NCBI GenBank assembly: GCA_039926685.1
Contig: JBDSWM010000255.1
Coordinates: forward strand, 7,353 to 71,352
Reading direction: 5' to 3'
Length of the DNA stretch: 64,000 nt
DNA from: Fibrobacteria bacterium
Lineage (GTDB): Bacteria > Fibrobacterota > Fibrobacteria > UBA11236
The translations under genes and the position numbers were made by a program. Under the pieces are notes generated by a model. It was not told the DNA's origin. It worked only from the letters and a program-made list of their open reading frames with translations, and ran no database searches. Of the stretch, positions 29,613-38,635 are shown one piece after another. The number at the start of each line of letters is the position of its first letter. The first letter of the stretch is position 1.

Positions 29613-30662
29613 ATGAATCGAACGGATTACTTCCTCCTCGCGGGGCTTCTGGCCCTGCCCGTGTACGTAGCCGCACAAACGATTCCGGCGACGCCGCCAT
29701 CGGGGTACTACACTGCCGTAGCCGCGAATCCGAAGGGCACGGTCACCAACATAACCTATGGATCCAGTTACAAGGCGAGAGTTTATACTCCGCCGGGCTA
29801 TTCAACAAGCCGGAAATATGCCTCCATGTACTTGCTGCATGGCTCGGGCGGTAGCGAGGCAAGTTGGCACGATAATGATCTGTATGCGCACATCCAGCTC
29901 GATAATCTCATCGCGCAGCAAAAGGTCAAACCCTTCATCATTGTTTTTACAAGAAATGACATGAACAATTGGGCCTTCGGGCCGATTCTGTTTAATGAGC
30001 TGATCCCCTATGTGGAAAAAAATTATTCCGTCTCTACCGACCCCGATAACCGGGCCCTGGGCGGCCTTTCCATGGGCGGCATGCAAACGATCAATTTCGG
30101 ATTTCCGAATGCGGACAAATTCCATTATCTCATGCCCTCTTCCTCCGCGCCCGGCATCCAGGGTCAAAGCCAACTGTTCCCGAATGGCGGGGCGCTCGCC
30201 AAGGCGAATTTGAAACTGATATTCTTCACCTGCGGTTCGGGCGAAGCGAATTCCTTCGGCTGTCAAAACAATGCTACGGTAAGGGGATATGCTGAAACCA
30301 ATGGCCTCGGCACCATCATCAAGGAATTCATTGCCCAAGGAGGGGCACATAATGCGGCGACCTGGAGGCCGAGCTTCTGGAATTTCGCCCAGTTGGCGGA
30401 CGCGGCAGGATTCACGGATGTAGGAACCACCCATGTCAGGGGGAACGACGCTCCTATATTCGCCGCGATGGCGGCTCCCTCCGGGACCGTGGACGTATTC
30501 GATTCGCGGGGGAAATTCCTGAAAGGAATCATGGCTTCGGCATTCTCCGATGGAGAAGTCGGCCTTGCGCCCGGATCCTATTTTCTCAAGTGGCAAAGCG
30601 GCAATCGGGTCCACGTCAGCCGATATTCAACCGGCCACTGGGGTCAGGGAGACAAGAAATGA
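29613..30662 (+). CDS. secreted carbohydrate esterase (esterase-D/CE1-like alpha/beta hydrolase)
   Basis: signal peptide; MYLLHGSGGSE and nucleophile elbow GGLSMGG. Confidence 0.7.
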   Translation: MNRTDYFLLAGLLALPVYVAAQTIPATPPSGYYTAVAANPKGTVTNITYGSSYKARVYTPPGYSTSRKYASMYLLHGSGGSEASWHDNDLYAHIQLDNLIAQQKVKPFIIVFTRNDMNNWAFGPILFNELIPYVEKNYSVSTDPDNRALGGLSMGGMQTINFGFPNADKFHYLMPSSSAPGIQGQSQLFPNGGALAKANLKLIFFTCGSGEANSFGCQNNATVRGYAETNGLGTIIKEFIAQGGAHNAATWRPSFWNFAQLADAAGFTDVGTTHVRGNDAPIFAAMAAPSGTVDVFDSRGKFLKGIMASAFSDGEVGLAPGSYFLKWQSGNRVHVSRYSTGHWGQGDKK

Positions 30663-30687
30663 TGGGACTCAACCTGAAGAGGGACGC

Positions 30688-31692
30688 ATGCTCAATTTAA
30701 AGATCCTGAAATGCCCGATTGGAAAAATGCTGCTCGTCGCCGGTTTCATGTCGATTCCGGTATTCTCCCAGACGACGCAGCAAATCGCGCGTTTCGAAGC
30801 GCGGACCTTTACCGCCACGAACTCGGTAACCCTACCCTACCGTTTATTCATTCCCGTCAACTACAACGCTGCCATCCGTTACCCTCTCATGACAGCCCTA
30901 CACGGCAACGGTGAACGGGGATCGGACAACACCAGGCAGTTTTCCCTCAACGTCGCCAAGCAATGGATCGCGGATAGCGTGCAGGCCCGAGTGCCGCATT
31001 TCATTCTTGCGCCGCACACAGCCGTGGGGTGGACCGATTTGGCCCAGAGAACCGTGGTGATGGAAATCATCGCGGCGTTGAAAAAAGAATTCTCCCTCGA
31101 CACAACCCGCTTCTATATCTCGGGTCTTTCCGCGGGCGCGATGGGCACTTGGAATCTAATCAAAGACTACCCCACGGTGTTCGCCGCAGCCGTTCCATGC
31201 TCTGGATCGCTTTTCGGCAACAACAACGTGACCACCATAGTGCGCACCCCCTTTTGGGCCTTCCACGGCGACGCCGATGAGACGGTGAATGTCTCCGGAA
31301 CCAGGGATATCGTGACGGCCGTCGAGAAACTGGGGTATCCCGTGGTTCGTTATATCAGCTCGCAGTATCGCGTCAATCCCACGGTCGTCTCCAACGACTC
31401 CTTGGCCAAGGCGGTGAAAGGCGGGGCGAACTTCCTCTATTCCGAGATAATCGGCGGCAATCACTTTGCCGGATGGAATGAAGGTTGGGCACATCCCCTT
31501 ATCCCAGGCTGGGTGTTTTCCAAAACTAAACCCGCGAGCACCACGGGGATCGTACTCACTCCTAAAAACTCCCACCACAGGGCCTTCTCGTCGACCGACT
31601 TGTTTTTCTTTTCCCTGGACGGCAAACGCATCGATTCGCGTCCGGGTGTTTCCATCAGGAATATGCCCGTATTATTGGTGGAGCGTCCCTAA
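30688..31692 (+). CDS. secreted alpha/beta hydrolase esterase (CE1/PHB-depolymerase-like) with T9SS-like C-terminal tail
   Basis: signal MLNLKILKCPIGKMLLVAGFMSIPVFSQ; LMTALHGNGERG; GLSAGAMG; C-terminus DLFFFSLDGKRIDSRPGVSIRNMPVLLVERP. Confidence 0.7.
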   Translation: MLNLKILKCPIGKMLLVAGFMSIPVFSQTTQQIARFEARTFTATNSVTLPYRLFIPVNYNAAIRYPLMTALHGNGERGSDNTRQFSLNVAKQWIADSVQARVPHFILAPHTAVGWTDLAQRTVVMEIIAALKKEFSLDTTRFYISGLSAGAMGTWNLIKDYPTVFAAAVPCSGSLFGNNNVTTIVRTPFWAFHGDADETVNVSGTRDIVTAVEKLGYPVVRYISSQYRVNPTVVSNDSLAKAVKGGANFLYSEIIGGNHFAGWNEGWAHPLIPGWVFSKTKPASTTGIVLTPKNSHHRAFSSTDLFFFSLDGKRIDSRPGVSIRNMPVLLVERP

Positions 31693-31748
31693 AGGTACGC
31701 TTCCGCCTACACCCCTCCCCAAAAGGTCGCCGAAAATCCGTTTTTCCA

Positions 31749-33314
31749 ATGCGAAAAACACCGGATTGCAATAGATCTACGGGAATCTACTACGTCAACA
31801 TTAGGGGGGGCACCTTGTTTCAGAGACTATTCTTTTGTACGGCATTTTTTGCCGGTTTTACGACCCAGGCACAAATGATCAATTTACGCGGCACGGTGAC
31901 CAATAGCGGTGGACAAGGAATTTCCGGAGCTATCGTCACCCTGGTGGGACAGACTTTAAAGGATACCACAGACGCCAAGGGCGCATATGCCATTACACAG
32001 AGCTCATCGGCGATTTCACCGGGTATGTTTCTACACGATGAGAATATCGTGATCGATCGAGGCGTGTTGGCACTCAACCTCGCCGCTCCCGCTTCCGTGA
32101 AAATCGAAATCTTCGATATAGCCTCCAATCTGCTCAAAGAAAAAACTTTCCCGGAGGCTCCGGCCGGAGAATTCCGCTGGAACATCAATGAAGATTTCGG
32201 CGCGGCTAACCTGCTAATTGTCCGTGCGACCATCGGCGGACGCGTCTCGACATTCCAATATTTTCCGCTTAGCGGCGGCAGATATTCCGTGAAGTCGGCT
32301 GAACGTTCCTCCCCGGGTAAAGCGCTGGCTAAAACCACGGTCGGGGCGGCTCTTGCTTCGCTGGAATTCAAGGCCAATGGTTATGGAACCAAGGTTGTGG
32401 AAGTATCCACCTACACGGATTCCGTCAATGTGACCCTGGCGACGGGGACTGCCGACAGGTGGGGCGGCCTCAAGAACGCCCCGATCAAAAGCGCCGGGTG
32501 CGGGAAGGCGCTGGGAGTCATCTCCAAATCCGGCACTTACCATATTGCCAGTTCTGGTGGCCGGGGAGACTACATCGTCGATGTCCCGACCGGTTACGAT
32601 AAGGACACACCCTACCGCTTGATTTTCGGCAATCACTGCTTGGGCGCCAGTGCCGCAAGAGTCGCGGAAGCCGAAAAGGGGTCTGCGGGGGATGACCTGA
32701 GCGGATATTATTCCATCAAAACCATGGCGACCAAAGACAATGTCCAGGCCATTTATGTTGCTATGCAGGGAGATGCGGGCGGTACCTGGAGTCTACCAAA
32801 TGACTCAAAATTCTGGAACGACGTACTCACTTTGGTCGAAAGCAATATGTGTGTTGATACCACACGCGTCTTCGTCACTGGTTTCAGCTTCGGCGCCATG
32901 TTCTCGTATGTGCTTTCCTTGGAATATCCGGAAAAAATCCGGGCCGTGGCCACCTATGCTCCCGCCAACTATAATATGACTCAGCCAACCAACAGGCAAA
33001 TCCCGATTGCCTATTACCAGACAACCGGTACCACCGATGGCACCTGCCCCTGGGTCAGTAATGACGCGCAGAAAAAGGGCGGGAAATATTGCCTCCTGCA
33101 GCATATGCAAGACAATGGGTGCACTTCCACCGCTACTGATATCAAGATTGCGACCAGTAGCACTCATGTCTCCACAGAATTCACGGGATGCAAAGAAGGA
33201 TATCCTGTGAAATTCGGTTCCTTTCAAGGCGGACACCAAGCCGTGCATACTGATCCTGGGACGAACTTTAACTGGATCGAAAAAGAAGCCTGGGAGTTTT
33301 TCAAGCGATTTTAA
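31749..33314 (+). CDS. esterase with N-terminal carboxypeptidase-regulatory-like domain and C-terminal alpha/beta hydrolase (feruloyl/PHB-depolymerase-like)
   Basis: LRGTVTNSGGQGISGAIVTLVGQT...DAKGAYAI; GxSxG VFVTGFSFGAMF; real start may be TTG at 31815 ahead of signal peptide FQRLFFCTAFFAGFTTQAQ. Confidence 0.65.
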   Translation: MRKTPDCNRSTGIYYVNIRGGTLFQRLFFCTAFFAGFTTQAQMINLRGTVTNSGGQGISGAIVTLVGQTLKDTTDAKGAYAITQSSSAISPGMFLHDENIVIDRGVLALNLAAPASVKIEIFDIASNLLKEKTFPEAPAGEFRWNINEDFGAANLLIVRATIGGRVSTFQYFPLSGGRYSVKSAERSSPGKALAKTTVGAALASLEFKANGYGTKVVEVSTYTDSVNVTLATGTADRWGGLKNAPIKSAGCGKALGVISKSGTYHIASSGGRGDYIVDVPTGYDKDTPYRLIFGNHCLGASAARVAEAEKGSAGDDLSGYYSIKTMATKDNVQAIYVAMQGDAGGTWSLPNDSKFWNDVLTLVESNMCVDTTRVFVTGFSFGAMFSYVLSLEYPEKIRAVATYAPANYNMTQPTNRQIPIAYYQTTGTTDGTCPWVSNDAQKKGGKYCLLQHMQDNGCTSTATDIKIATSSTHVSTEFTGCKEGYPVKFGSFQGGHQAVHTDPGTNFNWIEKEAWEFFKRF

Positions 33315-33393
33315 ACGTTTCGGCCGGCACGGATGAGTGCCGGCCATACTTTCGTTACCGAAGGTTCAGTGGATCAAGATGGTTTTTTAAACG

Positions 33394-34719
33394 CTATCGA
33401 TGAAGCTTTCTACCTGGGTCCATCCGGCCGTTGGCCGCATGGTAGCGCCCATTATGACGGTAAACGGCCTTGCCCGTCGGTAGGGAAGCCTTTAGACCGG
33501 CCCCCGTCCGCGATTCGCGTTTTAGCCCCCGTACGCCCGCGCCCGCGTTCGGCACCAGCTGGTTCTCAAGATAGAACTGGCTGCCTTCGGCCCAATCCTT
33601 GGCGAGGATATCCAAGTCCCCATCGCCGTCGAGGTCCGCCACGGTAGCGTCATGGATGCGTAGGGGCCCTTCCAGGATCACGTGTTCTTCCCATTGGCCG
33701 CCGTGCCCGTCCAGGTTCTCCCAGAGGTAAGCCTTGGGGACCCCTTCCGAGCTGGACGAGCCCGCTGAAAAAAGATCGGGATCGCCATCGCCGTCGAAAT
33801 CGGCCAGAATCATGGAATGGAAATCCTGACCGTCTACGGAATCCTTGACCAAATGCCTTTCCCAGCGCAGCCCTTTGCCGTCAGGATTGGCGAACCATGC
33901 CACGCGGCCGTTGGGCGCATCGCATTCGGCCTCGACCAGATCGTTATGCCCGTCCTTGTCGAGATCGTAAACCAAGGCGCGGCCGGATAGACCCCATCCT
34001 CCCGTGCGCTTAGCCCCGAAGGGAATGCCTGCATGTTCGATCCAGGCCGTGCCTTTCCCGTGCGCGTTCTCAAACCATCGATCCATGCGGGACACGTCCA
34101 TGTCCCCGTCGCCGTCGATATCGCCGGCCGCCAACCCTCCATGCTGCAGGGGATCATCGGTAAGCCCATTGATCATGTGTTCCTGCCAGGGGCCGCAGGC
34201 TGAGTCGGCCGGTGGAGTCCGGAACCACCGGATGCCGTAATTATCGATAGTAAGAACGTCCAGCTTACCGTCGCCGTCGAAGTCGGCGGTGTAGATGTCG
34301 TGGACGTATTCCAGGGTGGAGTAGCGGCAGGCCGTAAAGGCCGGGTCAGGGGCGCCGGCGGGCAAGCCGCCATTCGGGAAGCCGGGATTCCGGTACCAGA
34401 ATCCGGAAGAGACCTTGTCGATCCATCCGTCACCGTCCACATCCATGAGGGCCGCGCCCACGTCGGTCAATTCGGAATCGCTGACAAGCCGCCGCTGCCA
34501 ACCGTCGGACTTGTGCTCAAACCACCAGCTGCGACCAGGGCGTCCGTTTCCGCCGAAGAAATCGGAATCGCCATCGTGATCGATGTCGGCGGCGAGCAAG
34601 GTTTCCTTGTAAGAAAAGCCTTCGGGGGTAATCGGGCGCAAAACGAACGGCAGGGGAGCCCAAATCGCAAATCCGATTTGGAACAGGAAAAAAAACCCGA
34701 AGACCATGATTCTCGGCAT
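33394..34719 (-). CDS. FG-GAP/VCBS repeat-containing secreted protein
   Basis: repeated DIDGDGDMDV, DFDGDGKLDV, DFDGDGDPDL, DLDGDGDLDI motifs; signal MPRIMVFGFFFLFQIGFAIWA. Confidence 0.65.
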   Translation of the reverse strand: MPRIMVFGFFFLFQIGFAIWAPLPFVLRPITPEGFSYKETLLAADIDHDGDSDFFGGNGRPGRSWWFEHKSDGWQRRLVSDSELTDVGAALMDVDGDGWIDKVSSGFWYRNPGFPNGGLPAGAPDPAFTACRYSTLEYVHDIYTADFDGDGKLDVLTIDNYGIRWFRTPPADSACGPWQEHMINGLTDDPLQHGGLAAGDIDGDGDMDVSRMDRWFENAHGKGTAWIEHAGIPFGAKRTGGWGLSGRALVYDLDKDGHNDLVEAECDAPNGRVAWFANPDGKGLRWERHLVKDSVDGQDFHSMILADFDGDGDPDLFSAGSSSSEGVPKAYLWENLDGHGGQWEEHVILEGPLRIHDATVADLDGDGDLDILAKDWAEGSQFYLENQLVPNAGAGVRGLKRESRTGAGLKASLPTGKAVYRHNGRYHAANGRMDPGRKLHR

Positions 34720-34890
34720 GACAGATAATCTAATGCCTTCCCGGACTTCCCACAACGGAGGTCAAGCGCTCCCCCTCTAGGACCATCGACTTGATTTCGC
34801 CTGGTGCTTGCGTAAGCGAACGACGTGCCGACAATGGCGCTGTCGGTTCGAGTGTGTGGTTATCCGGCCTCTCTATAATTCCCGTTGTCT

Positions 34891-35112
34891 TCATTTTGAA
34901 TCCGACTGAATCATATTCTTGATTTTTTCGGCTTTTTCAAAATGGTCCAATTTCTTTGTCTGAATCCACCATGTTGCAGCTTCCATGAGGGCTTCTGGGT
35001 CGACATTCCTATTTGAGAAGAAAGCATAAAAAGACAATCCTACATCCGATCCTTTGCTCTGTAGTTTCCTGTCGCAGATTTGAATGATTTTATCTCTTAG
35101 GCTTTTTCTCAT
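34891..35112 (-). CDS. small hypothetical protein (about 73 aa from first ATG)
   Basis: ORF with TATTTTTG -7-like box about 55 nt upstream on the minus strand; no homology recognised. Confidence 0.3.
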   Translation of the reverse strand: MRKSLRDKIIQICDRKLQSKGSDVGLSFYAFFSNRNVDPEALMEAATWWIQTKKLDHFEKAEKIKNMIQSDSK

Positions 35113-35164
35113 TTTTCGATTTGTTGCTTTCGGATTTCCGGTTCGCTTCAATTTCTACCCGCCC

Positions 35165-35520
35165 CCAAAAATACTCACTTTCTTTGACCTGCTCGTATTC
35201 GAGCAGGTCAACCTTTCGAGGACCATGTCGCCCAACGTTTCCGGTATGGTGAAGTGGGTTTTGGGGTGACGCCCGATTAGTGAGGATGTAAGCGGAATGG
35301 GGTTTATAACCCCTGGAGAGAACGCCCGCAACGAGCCATGAAGATGGGTTGATCCAAACTAACGTAGATAAAGGAAATGGCTTTCAGAGATAGTCAGTAC
35401 CGCCGCAGACCAATCTGAATTGCCGGGCGCACCCCAAAATCCATCTGAGCGGAGCCCCGAGTGAGCATTGCGAGCGATGTAACATGCCGGTGTTGGGTGG
35501 TCGTGGGCCCCGGTTTTTCT
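35165..35520. repeat. copy 1 of a roughly 350-450 bp duplicated element (direct repeat with 36245..36690)
   Basis: shared blocks CCCAAAAATACTC, ATGTCGCC-ACGTT...GAAGTGGGTTTT, GAATTGCC...AAAATCCAT-TG-GCG...CCGAGTGAG, GCGAGCGA-GT-A-ATG; hairpins at equivalent positions differ in sequence but keep pairing. Confidence 0.5.
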
Positions 35521-35534
35521 TTGGAGGCGCTTTT

Positions 35535-35726
35535 TCATTCCAATTGACGAATCTTGGTTAAAGAGAGTTGGTTGTTATACGGCGAAGCACCATTTTTAAT
35601 GGTTGCATTGTTGATGCAGATATACATCAATTTCTGGTTTCCATGCTGGTTATATAGAACCACTTCCTGTTTTTCCGCCTTTATAAATTCAGGATAGCTA
35701 ATTCTTTGGGAATTTGTAAACAACAT
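35535..35726 (-). CDS. very small ORF (63 aa) overlapping the GIY-YIG gene 3' end; doubtful
   Basis: ATG start; 29-nt out-of-frame overlap with the upstream gene; no homology. Confidence 0.2.
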   Translation of the reverse strand: MLFTNSQRISYPEFIKAEKQEVVLYNQHGNQKLMYICINNATIKNGASPYNNQLSLTKIRQLE

Positions 35727-36237
35727 CTTCCGCTAGAATCATTTTATCTAAATCCATGCATTTGCCATCATTAATTATCCGAAGGTGCATGCTTTTGAGT
35801 TGATTACTTCTCAAATCGCTAGTCATATTCGCGTTGTAAGATGGAGCGTATTTGTTAATCAAGACCTTTTCAATATCAGAGATCATATTTTTCCAAGTTT
35901 CAATCGAGCCTTTGTCTGTCGGTTTTTTAATCGAACCAACGTAGATCTCAAAATCGGAACTGTCACAAAATCCATGCTTTTTGAGCCTTCCAGAAAAGGA
36001 ACTCCCGGCCGTTCTTCCGATATACAGCAAAACTTTGTCCGAGCATTTTCGCTTCTTGCTACAATAGATTTCGTGGGGGCCATAGATTTGGTAGATACCA
36101 AAATCGTCGGTGAATTCGTTCGTTATAGTTTCGCGAGGAAATGGTCCTTCCCATTCAAGAATGATGGTATTACTATCGGTTGGGTCCTTCTTCATCTCCA
36201 TATTTGTTTCCTTTTTATTTCTTGAACAACAAGACAT
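35698..36237 (-). CDS. small GIY-YIG domain nuclease
   Basis: FGIYQIYGPHEIY...KVLLYIGRTAGSSFSGRLKKHGF (GIY...YIG...R..H) and downstream E/N (DIEKVLINKYAPSYN), comparable to the I-TevI/UvrC catalytic core; probable start at MEMKKDP (36201); TATTTTTTG -7-like box upstream. Confidence 0.6.
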   Translation of the reverse strand: MSCCSRNKKETNMEMKKDPTDSNTIILEWEGPFPRETITNEFTDDFGIYQIYGPHEIYCSKKRKCSDKVLLYIGRTAGSSFSGRLKKHGFCDSSDFEIYVGSIKKPTDKGSIETWKNMISDIEKVLINKYAPSYNANMTSDLRSNQLKSMHLRIINDGKCMDLDKMILAEDVVYKFPKN

Positions 36238-36244
36238 TGACCCG

Positions 36245-36690
36245 CATTTTCTCAGATTTTACACCCAAAAAATACTCTCAAATCCATTGCCCGTAGGGCA
36301 CTTTTCGACGCCTATGTCGCCTGACGTTCGCGGCATAGCGAAGTGGGTTTTCGCTGTCAGGCTTGCAACGCGAGGACGCGGCTGGAGTGGGGCTTATGCC
36401 CCCCGGAAGCCGCTCCCACAGCGTGCAATCAGAACCGCTGAGGCTAGCTGACGTAGCCTATAGGAGAGGATCGCGGAGAAGGTTAGTGCAGCCCGAAGCA
36501 TTGTTCGAATTGCCAAGCCGGAGCGAAAATCCATTTGGGCGAAACCCGGAGTGAGGAGGGGCTCAACAATGTCGAAGGTCGAGCGAAGTGATATGGTGAT
36601 GTTGTGTTTAGTAGTGGTGCGGTTGTTGCCGAGCACACGACGTGTGAAGCAATATGGGACTACGAAGGACTCATTATTCTTTACTTCCCG
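36245..36690. repeat. copy 2 of the duplicated element
   Basis: see copy 1; core about 80% identical, hairpin GCCTGAC...GTCAGGC replaces CCCAAC...GTTGGGG of copy 1. Confidence 0.5.
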
Positions 36691-36885
36691 TGTACTTTTC
36701 ATTTTATTTTGATTTTTGTTACCAATAATTGTCCGATGCGTTCAATAGGATTGTACCGTAAAAGTTTTAATTAAATAAATGCGAGAGGTTACAACGGAGG
36801 CTCCAAATAATTTCAATTTGAATTGTGGTCTGTTTTAGAACTGGCAAACACCTTGGTTTACCTCTGTGCTTCTATTTTCCCAAGG

Positions 36886-38088
36886 TTACCAAGTAACCTT
36901 GAACGTCTTGGTATAGCATACTTCTTCAGCCCTCAACTCAAACAGATATTCGCCTGGGGCAAGCTTGCCAAATGCAATACTTCCTTTAGCTTCATGCAGG
37001 TTCATACGTTGACTTAGAGTTGCCTTCCGGCCAGAAAGAGTATAAATCGTGGCCCATACAGGTTTATCCTGGTATTCTTTCGGCACAGAAAAAGAAATTG
37101 CATTTCGATTCATACGAAATAAAAAATCTATTGTTGAAATTTGTATGGGAGTAATGCCTACAGGGTCCTGAGGCGCGGTGAAAATCGTTCTACTTATGTC
37201 CACCACTATAATTTGCTTGCCAGTCCAAGCTATGGAAACCGCCAAGGGCGATCTGATTTCAGATTGCCCGCTTGTATTTATTGCGGACCAAGTCAAACCG
37301 TCAGGCGAGGTTTCAATACAACCACCGTAGACACCCCAGCCACCGGCTATGAACTGAGTTCCAGTGTAAATTATTGAATATGTAGAATGTGGAATGCATC
37401 CTTGTATAGTAGTGGGTTTTTGCGTACTTAAGGTCCAGTTCACGCCGTCAGGGGATGTCCTAATTCCCCCCCCATTGAAACCACCTACGAATAGTGTGCC
37501 AGTCCAAATTATAGTCCACGGTGAGAGGGTCCCCAAACCTACTATAGTCCAATTCACACCATCGGCGGATTTGAGAATGTTTTCTCCAAAAATGACTAAT
37601 TGGGTATCTGCCAGGACCACGAGTTTTAGAGATTTCGTAGTTCCCGAATTCCTAGTAACCCAGGTTATGCCATCAAGTGAGGTGAGGATGGTGCCCATAT
37701 CGCCCACAGTTACAAGTTGAGTTCCTGTCCACGTTATAGAGCGTAGCGATACTTGTGTATTCGAACTAATTAAATTCCAGTTAGTTCCATCGGGCGAGGT
37801 GAGAATAGTACCGGAATCACCCACAGCCACGATTTGCTTGCCAGTCCATGCCACGGAAAGTAGAGAGTTCGATGTTCCCGAACTTAAAGACGTCCAAGCA
37901 ATACCGTCCGGGGAAGTGAGGATAGAGTCGCCTACGGCCACTAGCTGGTTCCCAGTCCATATTACGGAGGTAAAATGTTTCGCCCCGAAACTGCTCGGAT
38001 ACCGCTTAGTCCAAATTGATTGCCCAAATGCATGAGCCGCTATACCCAAAAATAAATACGTAAAAATCAACTTACGAAATCTTAGCAT
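36886..38088 (-). CDS. BNR/Asp-box (sortilin/Ycf48-like) beta-propeller protein with T9SS C-terminal domain
   Basis: signal peptide; repeated S-x-D-G-x-x-W motifs (TSPDGIAWT, TSPDGTNWN, SLDGITWV, SADGVNWT, SPDGVNWT, SPDGLTWS); C-terminus KATLSQRMNLHEAKGSIAFGKLAPGEYLFELRAEEVCYTKTFKVTW. Confidence 0.65.
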   Translation of the reverse strand: MLRFRKLIFTYLFLGIAAHAFGQSIWTKRYPSSFGAKHFTSVIWTGNQLVAVGDSILTSPDGIAWTSLSSGTSNSLLSVAWTGKQIVAVGDSGTILTSPDGTNWNLISSNTQVSLRSITWTGTQLVTVGDMGTILTSLDGITWVTRNSGTTKSLKLVVLADTQLVIFGENILKSADGVNWTIVGLGTLSPWTIIWTGTLFVGGFNGGGIRTSPDGVNWTLSTQKPTTIQGCIPHSTYSIIYTGTQFIAGGWGVYGGCIETSPDGLTWSAINTSGQSEIRSPLAVSIAWTGKQIIVVDISRTIFTAPQDPVGITPIQISTIDFLFRMNRNAISFSVPKEYQDKPVWATIYTLSGRKATLSQRMNLHEAKGSIAFGKLAPGEYLFELRAEEVCYTKTFKVTW

Positions 38089-38635
38089 TCTTCCAAACTC
38101 CTTTTAGGAGTATACGCCTTGAAATAGCTGGCATGTTACCCCTTATCACAATATTCAAATTATTTCAGCAAATTTGTTTCCCTGGCCAAGGGCATCGAGG
38201 AAATAGAGTTCTTTAATCTTCCTTTCTGTTCATTTTACGGAATTCCCGCCGCACACGACGTGTGGCGATTTGTTTTTTCAGCACCCACATTGAATACAAC
38301 TAGCGCTTGTGCGGAGCTCGCCTCTCCACAGGCGCTAGTTGGGTGACTAGTGTGATGTTCATAGCACTACTGGTGGTACCTAGACTCCCGCCCAAAACTT
38401 ACTTTTGTCGGCCAAGTCCACCCCCTTTAAAACCTTCGCGCTTCCCCGCATCCTTTTCGAATTTATTGCCTCAGCCCCCGAAAGAGAATATCATATCGAA
38501 TCTGATGAAAAATAAGCGTCGTATTCCCATCCCGAACCAGCTCCAAAGTATCCTTAAAAAAGGGATGAATATCACACGTCTGCTTATCGTTTCACCCCAA
38601 TAACCGCCGGCGATTTCCGGAGAAAGAATCTGTCC

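Larger units (their letters stand above)
34850..38600. mobile_element. compositionally distinct (AT-rich) island, likely horizontally acquired; no integrase or tRNA recognised
   Basis: abrupt drop in GC by eye; contains GIY-YIG nuclease, small ORFs, duplicated non-coding element and a T9SS-tailed beta-propeller. Confidence 0.4.

Noticed and set aside
34756-34890. tRNA or attachment site at the left island border (GTCGGTTCGAGTG resembles a T-arm)
   Set aside because: No full cloverleaf can be drawn. There is no matching direct repeat at the right border.
35084-36451. Plus-strand small ORFs inside the duplicated element (MSPNVSGMVKWVLG and MSPDVRGIAKWVFAV...)
   Set aside because: Most differences between the copies change the amino acid. 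Copy 1 terminates after 14 codons, and no RBS is present. The conservation is better explained at the nucleotide or RNA-structure level.
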